DNA of 36,449 bases. Source: a virus (taxonomy: Duplodnaviria > Caudoviricetes). The stretch is from IMG/VR virus record IMGVR_UViG_3300049199_000005, positions 1 to 36,449 of that record; one strand, given 5' to 3'. Positions 35,367-36,449 of the stretch are shown one piece after another. Both the position numbers and the translations under genes were made by a program. The notes beneath the pieces were generated by a model. That model made no database searches and was not told where the DNA came from. It saw only the letters and a program-made list of their open reading frames with translations. The first letter of the stretch is position 1, and each line of letters opens with the position of its first letter.

Positions 35367-35663
35367 TTAGAAAGGCAAATCGTCTGCACTCGGAATATCA
35401 GAATTGTTTTCTTCTAGTGGTTTTGGTGCTTGTTGTTCGCTTAGTTTTAAATTACCAAAATAAATTTTATCTTCTTTAGAAGCATCTTTAAAAGATGTTT
35501 GGATACTTGCATCGTTACCGTATTGGTCTTTAGTATCGTTTATCCATACATTTAAGTTTAAATAAATTTTACCGTTTTCTGCCTTTGAAAATGCTTTATT
35601 TCCTGATTTTGCTAATTCTAATAATTTTGAGAAGTCGATGCTTCCGTAAAGTAATTTGCTCAT
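35367..35663 (-). CDS. SSB-like protein
   Basis: GKIYLNL...DQYGN...YFGN; acidic C-terminal DDLPF tail. Confidence 0.7.
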   Translation of the reverse strand: MSKLLYGSIDFSKLLELAKSGNKAFSKAENGKIYLNLNVWINDTKDQYGNDASIQTSFKDASKEDKIYFGNLKLSEQQAPKPLEENNSDIPSADDLPF

Positions 35664-35664
35664 T

Positions 35665-36342
35665 TTATTTAATTTGTGTTAATAATTCTTTTTCAATATA
35701 TTCTCTAACTTGTAAAACCCTTTCTTCTGCTTTTTTTATAAAATCAGCATCATACTCAAATTCAAAAACTTTTATCCTTAAATTATCTGATAAATGATCG
35801 TAGCTAAGTTGTTTTTCTGCTTCTTCCCATTCTTCAATATCGGGTTCATCTTTTTCTAACTCTTTTGCTATTTTCCAAGATAAACGCTCTATTTGTTCGT
35901 CACTTCCATTCTCTAGGCAATAAACCAAACTAGCTTTTTTTAAACCTGTTAAGCGCATATAAATTTGAAGTTGACCGTAATAATCAGAATCAATGTTTTC
36001 TGCAAAAAATGGAAACGTAAACGCATCGAAAGGAACTTTTGTATCAATTACTCTTTCAGTATTTCGAGCGTCAAAAGTACCTGTAAAAAAATCATTTTCT
36101 AAATTAATATCATTTTTTACGAGTTCGCAATTGTAATACTTTGCAACTCGATTAATTGCGCTTTGCTCCATTGCGTTACCTCTTTCAAGATACTTTGATT
36201 TTATATCTTTTTCTTTACCTGTTATTTGCGAAATTAACCATTCTTTAGCGTATGTTTTAGCAGTTTCTCCCATTACTTTACCGCTACGATCATTGGTTAA
36301 TATTTTACCAATTTGCGATGCTCTACATTTAAACTGTTTCAT
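35665..36342 (-). CDS. YqaJ/lambda-exonuclease-like recombination nuclease
   Basis: RASQIG, RGNAME, TGTFD, IDTK, YYGQLQIYM. Confidence 0.85.
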   Translation of the reverse strand: MKQFKCRASQIGKILTNDRSGKVMGETAKTYAKEWLISQITGKEKDIKSKYLERGNAMEQSAINRVAKYYNCELVKNDINLENDFFTGTFDARNTERVIDTKVPFDAFTFPFFAENIDSDYYGQLQIYMRLTGLKKASLVYCLENGSDEQIERLSWKIAKELEKDEPDIEEWEEAEKQLSYDHLSDNLRIKVFEFEYDADFIKKAEERVLQVREYIEKELLTQIK

Positions 36343-36449
36343 TCTGCAATTCTTTTAGTTGTTCGTTAGTTAAATCGTACTTTTCAATAATAGCTTGTAA
36401 TGTCGCTTTTTTATATTGAATAGCTTTTTTTTAGCCTGCCAAAACTTTT
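36315..36449. repeat. Terminal direct repeat / circular assembly overlap (copy 2)
   Basis: Matches 1-135; ORF 15..533 overlaps the start of the exonuclease gene across the junction. Confidence 0.95.

Noticed and set aside
7547-35797. Plus-strand ORFs in the minus-strand region (e.g. 9663, 10269, 15476, 16593, 26053, 26804, 31491, 34875) and nested 16345..16566
   Set aside because: They lie largely or wholly over better-supported genes, mostly with non-ATG starts and no motifs
36410-36449. Mismatches between the terminal repeat copies as biological diversification
   Set aside because: They cluster at the contig end, consistent with low-quality read ends; no reverse transcriptase or DGR is present
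1-36449. tRNA, rRNA, integrase or DNA polymerase genes
   Set aside because: None recognisable by eye; a formal scan was not possible

Overview
This window is an essentially complete, circularly assembled, AT-rich tailed-phage genome of about 36.3 kb (positions 1-135 recur at 36315-36449). The host is probably a Bacteroidota/Flavobacterium-like bacterium, judged from TAnnTTTG promoters and Q-rule signal peptides. The minus strand carries recombination, nucleotide metabolism and replication genes, an ECF-like sigma factor, terminase, tail, head and lysis genes. A short plus-strand accessory operon runs from about 900 to 6590. The standout feature lies at 1700-5528: eight gene cassettes alternate with eight imperfect hairpins bounded by TAAC...GTTA, resembling integron attC sites. 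Each cassette is flanked by its own 13-16 bp inverted arms, which match within a cassette but not between neighbours, as expected for circles inserted by site-specific recombination. The polarity looks reversed relative to canonical integrons (hairpin before the gene, G·T skew on the sense strand), and I find no integrase in the genome. Other points: a three-copy candidate late promoter that would give leaderless mRNAs, a -1 frameshift tail chaperone, an iteron-like origin, a pseudoknot-like leader and signal-peptide proteins in the tail module. All protein calls come from motif recognition by eye; no database searches were run.
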